A DNA stretch of 64,000 bases, taken from the NCBI GenBank assembly GCA_044345405.1, contig JBIJBE010000003.1, forward strand, positions 64,001 through 128,000, read 5' to 3'. Source of the DNA: Bdellovibrionota bacterium (GTDB lineage: Bacteria > Bdellovibrionota_C > UBA2361 > OMII01). Positions 50,197-62,700 of this stretch are shown one piece after another. The position numbers and the translations under genes are program-made. The notes under the pieces are model-generated. The model saw nothing but the letters and a program-made list of their open reading frames with translations, did not search any database and was not told the origin of the DNA. The first letter of the stretch is position 1; the number at the start of each line of letters is the position of its first letter.

Positions 50197-51507
50197 ATGA
50201 GTGCTGTTACTAAAAACAAAGATGGCGCAGTCGCCACGCAAAGCTGGACGAGCTCCGCGCTCGCTGAGGTGAAAAAGCGACAAGGCTCCCTTGGTTCCTT
50301 GAGCGCTCTTATCGCTGAAGCGGAGAGCGTGTTCTCAAAAGTTCTCTTTCCGACCCCTCGAATGGAGGCTTGGAAATACACTAATACCGAGGCGATCGCT
50401 CAGGGAAGCTATGCACCGGTATCCACTGAGAGTGGAGAGGTTAGTGGCGATGTGTTGAAGCCGTTCTTTATCGAAGGGCTCTCCGCGCACACGCTCGTAT
50501 TCGTTGACGGAATCTACGCTGCCGCGCACTCGTCGAAGGGTGAGCTCGCGGGCGCTCGCATCGTTCGTTTGAGCGATGGTGCGGTAGAGGGAATTGGTTC
50601 TCTCGCTCCGCACCAGGAGGACGCGTTCGCCGCGCTTTCAACCGCTCTTTTGACAGACGGTGTCGCGATCGTTGTCGCGAAGAGCGCTGTAGTCGAGAAG
50701 CCGATTCACATCGTGCACGTAGCGACATCCAAGAGCACGGGACGCGTGGTTGCTCCTCGTCTCTTTGTTCAGGCCGCTGAGAACTCTCAGGTTACGATCG
50801 TTGAAAGTCATGTGACTACAGGAGGAGAGAAGTATCTCTCCCTTCCAGTGGCTGAGATCGTTGCCGCTGACAACGCCATCGTCGATTACTACAAGTATCA
50901 ACAGGAAGCGGTGTCGGCGAATCACGTGTCGAACACGATTGTGTCGCAAGGTCGCTCAGGAAATGTCTCGACCCACATCTTCTCATTCGGTGGCGCGCTC
51001 GTTCGTAATAACGTGACCGCGAACCTGAAGGGGAGTGGGGCTAACGCGGTATTGAATGGACTCTCCGTGTTGAGCGGAACGCAGCATGTCGATAACACGA
51101 CCGAGATTCACCACATCGAGCCATCGATCGAGAGCCGTGAACATTTCAAGGGAATCTACGCCGACGCGAGCCGTGGAGTGTTCTCGGGAACGATCACGGT
51201 TGACCAGATTGCTCAGAAGACGAACGCCTTCCAATCGAACCAAGCGCTCTTGCTCTCGCCTAACGCGAGCATCGAGACCCGCCCTCAGCTCAAGATCTGG
51301 GCTGATGACGTGAAGTGCACCCACGGGGCGACCGTTGGGCAGCTCGACCAAGACGCTATGTTCTACCTTCGCTCGCGCGGTATCGGCCGAGAGGAAGCTC
51401 GTAACTTCCTGATTCACGCCTTTGCCAGTGAGGTTTTAAGCACAGTTAAGGTTCCGGCCTTGAAGGAGTACGTCGAGGCCGCGATAACGGAGAAGCTGGG
51501 CAGGTAA
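50197..51507 (+). CDS. sufD: Fe-S cluster assembly protein SufD
   Basis: EAWKYT, AQKTNAFQ, ADDVKCTHGATVG, FYLRSRGI. Confidence 0.96.
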   Translation: MSAVTKNKDGAVATQSWTSSALAEVKKRQGSLGSLSALIAEAESVFSKVLFPTPRMEAWKYTNTEAIAQGSYAPVSTESGEVSGDVLKPFFIEGLSAHTLVFVDGIYAAAHSSKGELAGARIVRLSDGAVEGIGSLAPHQEDAFAALSTALLTDGVAIVVAKSAVVEKPIHIVHVATSKSTGRVVAPRLFVQAAENSQVTIVESHVTTGGEKYLSLPVAEIVAADNAIVDYYKYQQEAVSANHVSNTIVSQGRSGNVSTHIFSFGGALVRNNVTANLKGSGANAVLNGLSVLSGTQHVDNTTEIHHIEPSIESREHFKGIYADASRGVFSGTITVDQIAQKTNAFQSNQALLLSPNASIETRPQLKIWADDVKCTHGATVGQLDQDAMFYLRSRGIGREEARNFLIHAFASEVLSTVKVPALKEYVEAAITEKLGR

Positions 51508-51686
51508 AATCAAGGGGAGCCCGTTTGCTCATGCCCTTGAATTCTGCTACCTTGCGCACTCTCCGTCCTATACGTGGTACGTGTGCCATGTGCTGTAGGG
51601 GCGGCGCGATAGGTCAGAATTCGGGCGTGAGGCGGTCTAACCCCTTGGTCTTGAAGCGATTTTATTGAGATTTCGTAGGATTTTCG

Positions 51687-51911
51687 ATGAACGAAAAGGT
51701 GGCAAACGGTGCGTCCGAGTCGATAGTTTCCCGCACAAAGGGGTACGTCTCGGAGAGCATCGACGAGCTTAAAAAGGTTCATTCGCCAACGAGACAAGAG
51801 GCGATGAAGATGACGGGAGTAGTTCTTCTCATCATCGCGTTCATCTCGCTCTGCCTTTTCGTGATGGATCTTTCGTTTAACTGGCTCATGGGCAAGATGT
51901 TGAGCCGGTAA
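51687..51911 (+). CDS. secE: Preprotein translocase SecE
   Basis: ELKKVHSPTRQE plus one TM; upstream of nusG. Confidence 0.92.
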   Translation: MNEKVANGASESIVSRTKGYVSESIDELKKVHSPTRQEAMKMTGVVLLIIAFISLCLFVMDLSFNWLMGKMLSR

Positions 51912-51925
51912 GACTGTTTGGTAGG

Positions 51926-51968
51926 CAACGCTGTTAAGTACACAACGCTATTAAGTACAAAACGCTAT
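51926..51968 (+). repeat. 17-bp tandem repeat x2.5 running into the nusG start
   Basis: CAACGCTGTTAAGTACA CAACGCTATTAAGTACA AAACGCTAT. Confidence 0.8.
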
Positions 51969-52518
51969 GGAAACGAACACAACAGAGCAAAAGTTACAGT
52001 GGTACGTCGTTCAAGCCTACGCTGGCTTCGAGATGAAGGCCAAACAGGCGCTTGAAGAGCGAATTCGTTTAAATAACCTCCTTCACCTCTTCGGAGAGGT
52101 GCACGTCCCTCAGGAGACGGTAGTGGAGTTAGTAAAGGGACAGAAGAAGACCTCAACGAGGAAATTCTTCCCTGGGTATATCCTTGTGCAAATGGTTCTC
52201 AACGAAGAGACCTGGCACCTTGTTAAGGAAACCCCAAAGATCTCGGGCTTCGTCGGAGATGCCACAACACCTCAGCCAATAACTGAGGATGAGGTATCTC
52301 GTATCTTCAGCCAAGTTGAGGAAGGAGCTGCTTCTCCGAGATCTAAGATGAACTTTGAGCAGGGCGACGCCGTTAAGGTTGTCGACGGTCCATTTGCTGA
52401 ATTCAATGGAACAATTGAGGAAGTTCGACCAGAGAAGGGCAAGGTGAAGGTGTTGATCAGCATCTTCGGCCGTGCTACTCCAGTCGAGCTCGATTTCATG
52501 CAAGTAGAGAAGTGCTAA
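51967..52518 (+). CDS. nusG: Transcription factor NusG
   Basis: WYVVQAY, FPGYILV, KOW motif GPFAEFNG, IFGRATPVEL. Confidence 0.98.
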   Translation: METNTTEQKLQWYVVQAYAGFEMKAKQALEERIRLNNLLHLFGEVHVPQETVVELVKGQKKTSTRKFFPGYILVQMVLNEETWHLVKETPKISGFVGDATTPQPITEDEVSRIFSQVEEGAASPRSKMNFEQGDAVKVVDGPFAEFNGTIEEVRPEKGKVKVLISIFGRATPVELDFMQVEKC

Positions 52519-52568
52519 GTAATTGGTATTACTGAGCCCCTGAAGTTGTTAGGTATAGGTGGTACAAG

Positions 52569-52994
52569 ATGGCAAAAGAGATTAGTACGTTCATTAAGTT
52601 GCAGGTAATCGGAGGGAAGGCGAACCCTGCTCCTCCTATCGGACCAGTTCTCGGTCAACACGGCGTAAACATTATGGAGTTCTGTAAGCAGTTCAATGCT
52701 AGAACCCAGAAGCAGCAAGGTGAGGTGGTTCCGGTAGTTATTACCGTGTTCAAGGACCGCTCGTTCACCTTCGAGATTAAGACTGCGCCAGTTTCGTACC
52801 TCATCAAGAAGGCTCTTGGTATTGAGAAGGGCTCCTCTGTTCCTAACAAGGACAAGGTAGGAAAGCTCACCAAGGCGCAGGTGTACGATATCGCTAAGCA
52901 GAAGATGCAGGACCTTAACTGCTACGACGAGGAGGCAGCGTTCAAGATCGTTGCTGGAACCGCTCGAAGCATGGGTGTTGATGTACTCAAATAG
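52569..52994 (+). CDS. rplK: 50S ribosomal protein L11
   Basis: [24 protein letters not shown]. Confidence 0.98.
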   Translation: MAKEISTFIKLQVIGGKANPAPPIGPVLGQHGVNIMEFCKQFNARTQKQQGEVVPVVITVFKDRSFTFEIKTAPVSYLIKKALGIEKGSSVPNKDKVGKLTKAQVYDIAKQKMQDLNCYDEEAAFKIVAGTARSMGVDVLK

Positions 52995-53005
52995 CCCTGG
53001 AGATA

Positions 53006-53034
53006 TTGACTTCTCCGCGGTTAATACCTACGCT
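53006..53034 (+). promoter_or_regulatory. Putative sigma70 promoter between rplK and rplA
   Basis: TTGACT-N17-TACGCT. Confidence 0.55.
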
Positions 53035-53142
53035 ACCGGCTCCCGAATCCCTGTAAAACGGTGGAATGGGCGCTAAAAAGGTACGGGTTGGTCGCTGAAA
53101 AGTCCCCGGAAAACCAGTTTAGTTAAGTTTTTAAGAGTAGTT

Positions 53143-53844
53143 ATGGCTCGCACAAAAGAGGGAAAGAGAATCCGAGCAGCTCGGGCTAAGGTCCAAGCTG
53201 AGAAGCTCTATTCGATGGAAGAGGGATGTCAGGTTGTAGCTTCAACCGCGTCCGCTAAGTTCGACGAGACCGTTGAGGTCGCCGTTCGACTTGGAGTTGA
53301 CCCAAAGAAGGCTGACCAAAACGTTCGTGGATCCATCGCGCTTCCACACGGACTTGGAAAGGCTGTTCGCGTTCTCGTGTTCGCGAAGGGTGACAAGGCT
53401 AAAGAGGCTGAGGCCGCTGGCGCTGATTTCGTAGGTGGTGATGACCTCGTTGAGAAGATCAAGGGTGGATTCTTTGATTTCGACAGCGTTGTCGCTACAC
53501 CAGATATGATGGTTCAGGTCGGAAAGGTAGGAAAGCTCCTTGGACCTCGTGGTTTGATGCCATCGCCTAAGGTTGGAACGGTAACGTTCGACGTAGGAGA
53601 GACCGTCAAGTCAGTTAAGTCTGGTCGCGCTGAGTACCGCGTTGACAAGGCTGGTATCGTTCACGCCGCTGTAGGTAAAGCTTCGTTCGGCGCTCAAAAG
53701 ATCCAGGACAACGTTTCCGCGTTGTTCTCGGCTCTCAACCGAGCAAAGCCTTCGAGCAGCAAGGGTGTTTATCTTCAATCAGCTTCGATCTCCCTCACCA
53801 TGGGGCCAGGCGTAGCTCTCGATGTAGCGGCGCTTAGAGCGTAA
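53143..53844 (+). CDS. rplA: 50S ribosomal protein L1
   Basis: [24 protein letters not shown]. Confidence 0.98.
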   Translation: MARTKEGKRIRAARAKVQAEKLYSMEEGCQVVASTASAKFDETVEVAVRLGVDPKKADQNVRGSIALPHGLGKAVRVLVFAKGDKAKEAEAAGADFVGGDDLVEKIKGGFFDFDSVVATPDMMVQVGKVGKLLGPRGLMPSPKVGTVTFDVGETVKSVKSGRAEYRVDKAGIVHAAVGKASFGAQKIQDNVSALFSALNRAKPSSSKGVYLQSASISLTMGPGVALDVAALRA

Positions 53845-53856
53845 GGAGTTTGAAAA

Positions 53857-54411
53857 ATGGATAAAGCTGAGAAGCAAGTAGAGCTTGAGTCGATTGTAAG
53901 CAGTTTCTCCAAGGCGCAGGTTGCTGTCTGCGCTGATTACCGCGGGCTGACCGTAGCTCAGGTGACAAAGTTGAGAGGCGAGCTTAAGAAGGCTGGATGT
54001 GAAGCGCGCGTTGTGAAGAACACGCTCGCCCGTCTCGCTGTAAGCAAGGTAGCTGAAGGTGGTAAGCAGGACGAGGTAACTAAGTTCCTCGGTACCATCG
54101 TTGGCCCAACCCTTGTGGTCACCAACGCGACAGACGCAATTGCGCCAACTAAGGTGCTCGTCAAGTTCGCGAAGGAGAATGATAAGTTTCGAGTGAAGGG
54201 ATGTTGGCTTGATGGCGCGTACGTTGACGCGGCAGGGGTAGATTCGTTATCGAAGATGCCTGGCCGAGAGGAGACGTTCGCCATGTTGCTAAGCCTGATT
54301 TTGGAGCCTGCTACTCGCCTTGTTCGAGTAGCCTCTGAGCCTGGTACCCAGGTCGTGAGAGCAATCGAGGCTTACCGAAAGAAGCTCGGAGGTGAATCAG
54401 CGGCTGCTTAA
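53857..54411 (+). CDS. rplJ: 50S ribosomal protein L10
   Basis: DYRGLTV, VVKNTLARLA. Confidence 0.97.
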   Translation: MDKAEKQVELESIVSSFSKAQVAVCADYRGLTVAQVTKLRGELKKAGCEARVVKNTLARLAVSKVAEGGKQDEVTKFLGTIVGPTLVVTNATDAIAPTKVLVKFAKENDKFRVKGCWLDGAYVDAAGVDSLSKMPGREETFAMLLSLILEPATRLVRVASEPGTQVVRAIEAYRKKLGGESAAA

Positions 54412-54487
54412 TTGGGGCAGGTTGAGCCGGTGTGCTGAAGAGTTAGTTAATTGTTTTTAGTTGTGTCGAAAGGAAAGGAGTAAAACC

Positions 54488-54877
54488 ATGTCAGAGGCGT
54501 ATACGTTCGACGGCGTAGTAGATTTCATTAAGGCTATGTCCCTTATGGATGCTGCGAAGATGGTAAAGAAGCTCGAGGAAGAGCTTGGTGTGAGCGCTGC
54601 TGCTCCAGTTGCTATGATGGCTGCTGGTGCTGGCGCTGGTGCTGGTGCTGCAGCAGTCGAAGAGAAGACTGAGTTCACCATCATGCTTGATGATGCTGGC
54701 GCAGAGAAGGTTAAGGTGATCAAGGTAGTTCGTGAGATCACCGGACTTGGCCTCAAGGAGGCTAAGGACCTTGTTGACGGCGCTCCAAAGCTCGTTAAGG
54801 AAGGTGTTGCTAAGGCTGACGCTGAGGACTTCGTTAAGAAGCTCAAGGAAGCCGGAGCTAAGGCTAGCCTTAAGTAA
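54488..54877 (+). CDS. rplL: 50S ribosomal protein L7/L12
   Basis: AAGGAG RBS; [23 protein letters not shown]. Confidence 0.98.
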   Translation: MSEAYTFDGVVDFIKAMSLMDAAKMVKKLEEELGVSAAAPVAMMAAGAGAGAGAAAVEEKTEFTIMLDDAGAEKVKVIKVVREITGLGLKEAKDLVDGAPKLVKEGVAKADAEDFVKKLKEAGAKASLK

Positions 54878-55237
54878 GCTTGCGCTTAATTACCCGCAGC
54901 AACAAACGTTGTTGGTAATCCAGTGAAAGAGGGGTGGCCAAAAAGCCGCCCCTCATCCATGAAGCCGGCCTGTACGGGACGCAATCTTAGGGTTGCGTCC
55001 CTATAGGCTTGTTGATAGGTAATTGGCCGAGCTAAGTCCCCTTATATTCTATCGGAAATCTCAGAGCTCGAGGTTCCATTAGTTCCAGGTATAGGGTACA
55101 AAGCATCGTCATTACCGCTTGTTAAACCCTTTCGCTTTCAGGTCTAGCTAACCGAAGGAGGGAAGGGAGGAAGCGCAGCCAGCTCAGTCGGCCTCCCACG
55201 GGCGGCTTGAGCTTTTTGCCTTTAGAGTCACTTACGT

Positions 55238-58200
55238 ATGACATCAAAAATCAAGACCAATCTCAGACTCCGTAATAGTTACTCAAAGATCGGCGAAGTA
55301 GCCGAAATCCCAAACCTGATAGGAATTCAAAAGAGCTCATACGAGCGATTCCTGCAATCGAATGTAGAACCAGAGAAGAGAGAAGAAGTCGGTCTTCAAA
55401 AGGTCTTCAAATCTGTCTTCCCAATTCGTGATTACAATAACACAGCCTCGCTTGAGTTTGTGTCGTACAACCTCGGAACTCCGAAGTACGACCAAGACGA
55501 GTGCCGCGACCGTGGAATGACGTGGGCGGCTCCACTTCGTGTTACCATTCAGCTGGTACTCTGGGATGTAAATCCTGAGACGGGCGCTCGTAACTTGAGC
55601 GCTCTGAAAGAGGACGTAGTGTACTTCGGCGAGATCCCGCTCATGACCGAGCGTGGAACGTTCGTTATCAACGGAACTGAGCGCGTTATCGTTTCTCAGC
55701 TTCACCGTTCGCCCGGTGTGTTCTTCGACCATGATGATGGAAAGAGCCACGTATCAGGCAAGCTTCTCTACTCATCTCGTATCATCCCGTACCGTGGTTC
55801 GTGGATCGATTTCGAGTTCGACGTAAAGGACATCCTTCACGTTCGTATCGACCGTCGTCGTAAGTTGAACGCCACAGTTCTTCTTCGTGCGGTTGGAATG
55901 ACCGCTGACGATATCGTTTCGACCTACTACAAGACCGACACAGTTATCTTCGGCGCTAAGGGGCTCGTTACGAAAGAATTTAAGCCAGATCAGTTGGAAG
56001 GCCTGAAGGCTATCCGCGAGATCAAAGCTAACGGCAAGGTGCTCGTTAAGCAGGGTGGTAAGTTCAACAAAGCCGTCATCCGTCGTCTTAAAGAGGCTGA
56101 GGTTACTGAGATCGAGATCGGTCCAGAGGCTGTTGTCGGCTTGATCGCCGCTGAGACGGTTGTTCAAGCTACCGAGGATATCGTTAATCCTAAGAGCGGT
56201 GAGGTTATCGCCGAGAAGGGTGAGGTTCTCGTAGGCTTTGACGTTATCCGTGAGCGCGTTGGTCCAGCAGTCCTCGAGCTTGATGAGAAGGAAGCTAAGG
56301 CCATCTGCGAGCAGTTCGAGGTTATCGTTAACGCTGGTGATGAGCTCAAGGGCGATAAGATCAACTCCAAGGGCGAGATCGTTGAGAAGGGTAAGATTAC
56401 CCTTCAACGCGAGCTTGGCCTCGATCGCATCCGAGTTCTCTACCTCGACGACAACCACATCGGTGAGTCGCTCTGGAAGACCCTCGTCTCAGACAAAATG
56501 TCGGGCGATAACTCGCTCTACTCACGTCTCTCCGGTCGTCCAACGATCGATAGCTTGATTGAGATCTACCGACGGTTACGTCCTGGCGATCCTCCTCGTC
56601 CAGAGACCGCGCAAGCGACCTTCAAGAACCTCTTCTTCAATCCTGATCGATACGATCTCTCTGACATCGGTCGATACAAGATGAACCACAAGCTCTACAT
56701 CTCGCAGGGCCGCGAGGCTCCTCCGATGGATCAGGGCGTTCTCTCTCCAGAGGATATCAAGGAGACCGTTCGCTACCTCCTCGAGCTCCGTAACTCAACG
56801 GACGCTCAGCGGTACTCGATCGACGACATCGACCACCTCGGTAACCGACGTGTTCGCGCCGTGGGTGAGTTGATTGAGAACCAGTACCGAATCGGCCTCG
56901 TTCGTATGGAGCGAGCTGTGAAGGAGCGTATGGGTATGCAGGACATCGATACCCTCGTTCCTCAAGATCTCATCAACTACAAGCCAGTGGCTGCTGTAGT
57001 TAAGGAGTTCTTCGGTTCGTCCCAGCTTTCACAGTTCATGGATCAGACGAATCCGCTCTCTGAGGTTACTCATAAGCGACGTCTCTCGGCCCTTGGACCA
57101 GGTGGACTTACCCGTGACCGCGCGGGCTTCGAGGTTCGTGACGTTAACGCGACTCACTACGGACGTATCTGTCCGATTGAGACGCCGGAAGGTCCGAACA
57201 TCGGTCTTATCGCGTCGCTCGCTGTATACGCTCGTGTAAACGAGTTCGGATTCGTTGAGACTCCGTACCGCGTCGTTGATAACAACGGCCGCGTATCTGA
57301 CGACATCGTATACCTCTCAGCGCTTGAGGAAGAGCGTGAGACGATCGCTCCAGCTTCCATCCCAATGGATAAGAAGGGGAACATCGAGGAGCAGAACGTG
57401 CCGGTACGCCGTAACGGTGAGTACCTCCTTGTTCCACCTCCAGAGGTAACGAAGCTTGACGTAAGTCCGAAGCAGATCGTGTCAGTCGCCGCGTCCCTCA
57501 TTCCGTTCCTTGAGAACGACGACGCTAACCGCGCGTTGATGGGATCGAACATGCAACGTCAGGCTGTACCGTGCTTGCGAGCGCAGGCTCCACTTGTCGG
57601 AACTGGAATGGAGCACATCGTTGCTCGGGATTCCGGAGCGACAGTAGTGGCTAAGCGCGCTGGACGCGTAGTTTCGGTTGAGTCTGAGCGTATCGTTATC
57701 AAGGCTGATAAGACGGGTGATGACGCTCTCGACACGGGAGTGGATATCTACAAGCTCGTTAAGTACCGACGCTCCAACCAGAACACCTGCATCACGCAAC
57801 GTCCGATCGTTCGCGTTGGTGAGAAGGTTGGCGCTAACGAGGTTATCGCTGACGGACCTTCAACAGACATGGCTGAGCTCGCGCTCGGTCAAAACTGTGT
57901 GGTCGCGTTCATGCCTTGGAACGGCTACAACTTCGAGGACTCCGTTTTGATCAGCGAAAACCTCGTGAAGAAGGATGTGTTCACATCCGTTCACATCGAG
58001 GAGTTCGAGTGTATCGCTCGTGACACCAAGCTTGGAAAGGAAGAGATTACTCGTGACATTCCGAACGTAGGTGAGGAGGCTCTTAAGAACCTCGACGAAT
58101 CCGGAATCATCCGCATCGGAGCTGAGGTTAAGCCAGGCGATATCATCGTTGGTAAAATCACTCCGAAGTCAGAGACCCAGCTTAGCCCAGAGGAGAAGCT

Positions 58201-59695
58201 CCTCCGAGCGATTTTCGGCGAGAAGGCGGGAGAGGTTCGTGATAGCAGCTTGAAACTCCCACCAGGAGTAGAGGGAACTATCATCTCCGCTCAGGTATTC
58301 TCTCGTAAGGGAACTGACAAGGATGAGCGTACGATTGAGCTTGAGAAGCGAGAGATCGCTCTCCTTGAGCAAGATCAACGTGACGAGATCAATATCCTTC
58401 GCGACGCGGCGATGAGAGAGATCGTTGAGCTTCTCGATGGCAAGTCCACGACAGCTCGATTGATCGACGACAAGCGCAACGAGCTTATCGCAAAGGACGC
58501 GAAGCTCACCGCTGAGTTGCTCAACTCCGTATCGTTCGAGTACCTCCGAGATATCCAAGTCGGAGACGAGGCGATCCAGAGCCAGATCAACAAGGTGGTT
58601 GTTCGAACCGGCCAGTTGATTAACAACAAGCGCGCTTACCTCAATGAGAAGATCAAACGTCTTAAGGAGGGTGATGAGCTTGCGCCTGGAATCATCAAGA
58701 TGGTTAAGGTGTTCGTCGCTACGAAGCGTAAGATCCAAGTAGGTGACAAGGTCGCCGGTCGTCACGGAAACAAGGGAGTTCTCTCCCGAGTTCTTCCGCA
58801 AGAGGACATGCCGTACCTCGCCGATGGAACGCCAGTAGACATGGTTCTTAACCCACTCGGCGTACCGTCCCGAATGAACGTAGGTCAGATCCTTGAGACA
58901 CATCTTGGATGGGCCGCGTACAACATGGGTCGACGTATCCGTGACCTTGTTGAGTCGATCGTCGATCCGATTTCGGGCGCTGATCGAATCGACACGACGC
59001 CGCAGATGAAGAAGGACGTAGCTAAACAGCTTCGTGACCTCCTCCTCATCGCGTACAAGGGTGACGATCAGAAGAAATTCCTCGATGGGCTTAACGATCA
59101 CGATGTGATCGAGCTCGCTCGTCGAGAGATGAGTGGTATCCGAGTCGCTACGCCGGTATTCGACGCTGCGCGAGAGACCGACATCCAAGAGCTCCTCAAA
59201 GTTGGCGGAATGCCAGAAGAGGGTAAGGTTCAGCTCTATGACGGACGCACTGGAGAGCCATTCGCTGAGAAGGGCACTGTGGGCGTGATGTACATGCTGA
59301 AGCTCGACCACTTGGTTGACGATAAGATCCACGCGCGTTCAATTGGGCCATACTCGTTGGTTACGCAACAACCACTCGGCGGTAAGGCTCAGTTCGGAGG
59401 TCAGCGTCTTGGAGAGATGGAGGTGTGGGCACTTGAGGCGTACGGCGCCGCTTACACCCTTCAGGAGTTCCTGACGGTTAAATCCGATGACGTAGCTGGT
59501 CGTACCCGCATGTACGAGTCGATTGTGAAGGGCGAGCATGTGCTTGAGCCAGGTTTGCCTGAGTCCTTCAACGTTATGATGAAGGAGCTCCAATCACTCT
59601 GTCTCGACGTAGAACTCGTCGAGGAGAAGAAGGAAGGCGAGGTACTCGAAGCACCAGTTGCGGGCGAGTCTGACGTAACAGCGGCTGCCGTCTAA
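55238..59695 (+). CDS. rpoB: RNA polymerase beta subunit
   Basis: [42 protein letters not shown]. Confidence 0.99.
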   Translation: MTSKIKTNLRLRNSYSKIGEVAEIPNLIGIQKSSYERFLQSNVEPEKREEVGLQKVFKSVFPIRDYNNTASLEFVSYNLGTPKYDQDECRDRGMTWAAPLRVTIQLVLWDVNPETGARNLSALKEDVVYFGEIPLMTERGTFVINGTERVIVSQLHRSPGVFFDHDDGKSHVSGKLLYSSRIIPYRGSWIDFEFDVKDILHVRIDRRRKLNATVLLRAVGMTADDIVSTYYKTDTVIFGAKGLVTKEFKPDQLEGLKAIREIKANGKVLVKQGGKFNKAVIRRLKEAEVTEIEIGPEAVVGLIAAETVVQATEDIVNPKSGEVIAEKGEVLVGFDVIRERVGPAVLELDEKEAKAICEQFEVIVNAGDELKGDKINSKGEIVEKGKITLQRELGLDRIRVLYLDDNHIGESLWKTLVSDKMSGDNSLYSRLSGRPTIDSLIEIYRRLRPGDPPRPETAQATFKNLFFNPDRYDLSDIGRYKMNHKLYISQGREAPPMDQGVLSPEDIKETVRYLLELRNSTDAQRYSIDDIDHLGNRRVRAVGELIENQYRIGLVRMERAVKERMGMQDIDTLVPQDLINYKPVAAVVKEFFGSSQLSQFMDQTNPLSEVTHKRRLSALGPGGLTRDRAGFEVRDVNATHYGRICPIETPEGPNIGLIASLAVYARVNEFGFVETPYRVVDNNGRVSDDIVYLSALEEERETIAPASIPMDKKGNIEEQNVPVRRNGEYLLVPPPEVTKLDVSPKQIVSVAASLIPFLENDDANRALMGSNMQRQAVPCLRAQAPLVGTGMEHIVARDSGATVVAKRAGRVVSVESERIVIKADKTGDDALDTGVDIYKLVKYRRSNQNTCITQRPIVRVGEKVGANEVIADGPSTDMAELALGQNCVVAFMPWNGYNFEDSVLISENLVKKDVFTSVHIEEFECIARDTKLGKEEITRDIPNVGEEALKNLDESGIIRIGAEVKPGDIIVGKITPKSETQLSPEEKLLRAIFGEKAGEVRDSSLKLPPGVEGTIISAQVFSRKGTDKDERTIELEKREIALLEQDQRDEINILRDAAMREIVELLDGKSTTARLIDDKRNELIAKDAKLTAELLNSVSFEYLRDIQVGDEAIQSQINKVVVRTGQLINNKRAYLNEKIKRLKEGDELAPGIIKMVKVFVATKRKIQVGDKVAGRHGNKGVLSRVLPQEDMPYLADGTPVDMVLNPLGVPSRMNVGQILETHLGWAAYNMGRRIRDLVESIVDPISGADRIDTTPQMKKDVAKQLRDLLLIAYKGDDQKKFLDGLNDHDVIELARREMSGIRVATPVFDAARETDIQELLKVGGMPEEGKVQLYDGRTGEPFAEKGTVGVMYMLKLDHLVDDKIHARSIGPYSLVTQQPLGGKAQFGGQRLGEMEVWALEAYGAAYTLQEFLTVKSDDVAGRTRMYESIVKGEHVLEPGLPESFNVMMKELQSLCLDVELVEEKKEGEVLEAPVAGESDVTAAAV

Positions 59696-59760
59696 CGGCC
59701 ACCGTTCCCCAGGCCGCGGCTGCGGCCTGGGGATTATCGATTTTCAAGCTGAGGAGACAC

Positions 59761-62700
59761 ATGGACGATTTATTTAGTTTGTTTGAACGACCGAAGAACC
59801 CCATCAAGTTCAACGCGTTGAAGATCTCGCTGGCTAGCCCAGACAAGATCCGTAGCTGGTCTTTTGGCGAAGTAACGAAGCCAGAGACGATCAACTACCG
59901 AACGCTTAAGCCTGAGCGAGATGGACTCTTCTGCGCCAAGATCTTCGGACCTGTTAAGGATTACGAGTGTATCTGCGGTAAGTACAAGCGCCTCCGTCAC
60001 CGTGGCGTTGTGTGCGAGAAGTGCGGTGTAGAGGTTATTCAGTCCAAAGTACGTCGTGAGCGTATGGGGCACATCGAACTTGCGTGCCCAGTAGCGCACA
60101 TCTGGTTCTTGAAGTCCCTCCCAAGCCGTATCGGAAACATCCTCGACCTCACCCTTCGTGACCTTGAGAAGGTTCTCTATTTCGAGGCCTACGTTGTTAT
60201 CGACGCTGGCAAGACCAACCTCAAGCAGGGCGAGCTTCTCACTGAGCGTGAGTACCGCACTGCTCGTGAAGAGTTCGGTTCAGGATTCGAGGCAGGAATG
60301 GGCGCTGAGGCTATTCTCACGCTCCTCAAAGCTATCGATGTTGACCCTCTCTGCGCTGAGCTCCGTGAGGAGATCAAAGAGGTAACGTCTGAGGCTAAGA
60401 AGAAGAAGCTCGCTAAGCGACTTCGTGTGCTTACCTCGTTCCAACAGAGCGACAACAAGCCAGAGTGGATGATCTTGAACGTAGTTCCAGTTATCCCACC
60501 TGACCTTCGTCCTCTCGTTCCACTTGACGGTGGACGTTTCGCGACCAGCGATCTCAACGACCTCTATCGTCGTGTGATCAACCGAAACAACCGTCTCCGT
60601 CGTCTTATCGAGCTTAACGCTCCAGATATCATCATCCGAAACGAGAAGCGTATGCTTCAAGAGTCGGTTGACGCTCTCTTCGATAACGGACGTCGTGGAC
60701 GTACGATCACAGGTCCTAACAAGCGACCACTCAAGTCCTTGAGCGATATGCTTAAGGGTAAGGGCGGACGTTTCCGTCAGAACCTTCTCGGAAAGCGTGT
60801 AGACTACTCAGGCCGATCGGTAATCGTCGTAGGTCCAGAGCTTCGTCTCCACCAGTGCGGTCTTCCAAAGAAGATGGCGCTCGAGCTCTTCAAACCATTC
60901 ATCTACAACAAGCTCGAAGAGCGTGGTTATGTAACCACGATCAAGAGCGCTAAGAAGATGGTAGAAAAGGAGAAGCCAGTTGTTTGGGATATCCTCGACG
61001 AGGTTATTCGTGAGCATCCAGTTCTCCTCAACCGAGCTCCAACGCTTCACCGACTTGGTATTCAAGCGTTCGAGCCGATCCTCATCGAAGGAAAGGCTAT
61101 CCAGCTTCACCCACTCGTATGTACAGCGTTCAACGCTGACTTCGACGGTGACCAGATGGCCGTTCACGTTCCTCTCTCCGTAGAGGCGCAGGTTGAGTCT
61201 CGCGTACTCATGATGTCGACTAACAACATCTTGAGCCCAGCGAACGGTAAGCCCATCATCGTACCTTCTCAGGACATCGTTCTTGGATTGTATTACATGA
61301 CCCGTGAGCGTCCGTTCGCGTACGGTGAGAACCGCGCGTACTCGAACCCAGACGAGGTATGGCTTGCTTGGCAGTCAGGTGAGACCCACCTTCAAGCTAA
61401 GGTTAAGGTTCGTATCGACGGTAAGCTTGAGTCAACGACCGTTGGCCGTACGCTCCTGTACTACCTCTGCCCGAAGGTCCTTCCATTCGCCAACTTCAAC
61501 AAGGTGATGAAGAAGAAGGAGATCTCGGGACTCATCGACGATTGCTTCCGTGTTGCTGGTAACAAGGCAACGGTGCTTCTCGCTGATAAGCTCAAGGACA
61601 ACGGGTACTACTTCGCGACCATCTCCGGTATCTCTATCGGAGTTCAGGACATGGTTATTCCAGACGCGAAGAAGCCACTCCTTGCTGAAGCTGATGACAA
61701 GGTTAACGAGATCGATAGTCAATATCGTGAAGGTCTCGTTACCGCGGGTGAGCGATACAATAAGGTGATCGACATCTGGTCGGACGTGGGAGACAAGATC
61801 GCTGAGGACATGATGGAAACCATCTCGTCCGCGGAGTTCAAGGATGCCGTGACCGGTGAAACCAAACGTGGACCGTCCTTCAACCCGATCTTCATCATGG
61901 CCGACTCAGGCGCTCGTGGATCCAGCCAGCAGATTCGTCAGCTCGGCGGTATGCGAGGACTGATGGCTAAGCCGGACGGATCGATCATTGAGCAGCCGAT
62001 TAAGGCTAACCTCCGTGAGGGTCTGACGGTTCTTCAGTACTTCGTATCAACCCACGGTGCTCGTAAGGGTCTCGCGGATACAGCTCTTAAGACAGCTAAC
62101 TCCGGATACCTCACGCGTAAGCTCGTAGACGTTGGACAAGACACCATCATCTCTGAGTACGATTGCGGATCGACTGAGGGAATCGATATCTCAGCTCTCA
62201 TCGAGGGTGGAGAAGAGATCGAGTCACTCACAAACCGAATCCTTGGTCGCGTAGTGGCAGAGGATGTTCGTGATCCTATCTCGAACGATATCCTCGTTCA
62301 GCGTGGACAGATGATCGACGAGGACCTCGCCGCTCAGATATCTGCGGCTGGTATCGATACACTTCTCATCCGCTCTGTACTCACCTGTGAGTCCCAGCGC
62401 GGTGTATGTACCTTGTGTTACGGCCGAGACCTCGCTCGTGGACACTTGGTGAACATTGGAGAGGCTGTCGGAGTTATCGCGGCTCAATCCATCGGAGAGC
62501 CTGGAACACAGCTCACGATGAGAACGTTCCACATCGGAGGAGCGGCGCTCGGACGAGCTGAGTCCACCTCTCTTGAGTCACGTTACGCTGGAGTTATTAA
62601 GCTTGAGGGCGCTCGTCTCGCTCGACGGCGTGACGGAACATCCGTTGTGATGAGCCGTAAGGCTGAGATCCTTATCGTTGATAAGGCCGACGGCCGTGAG

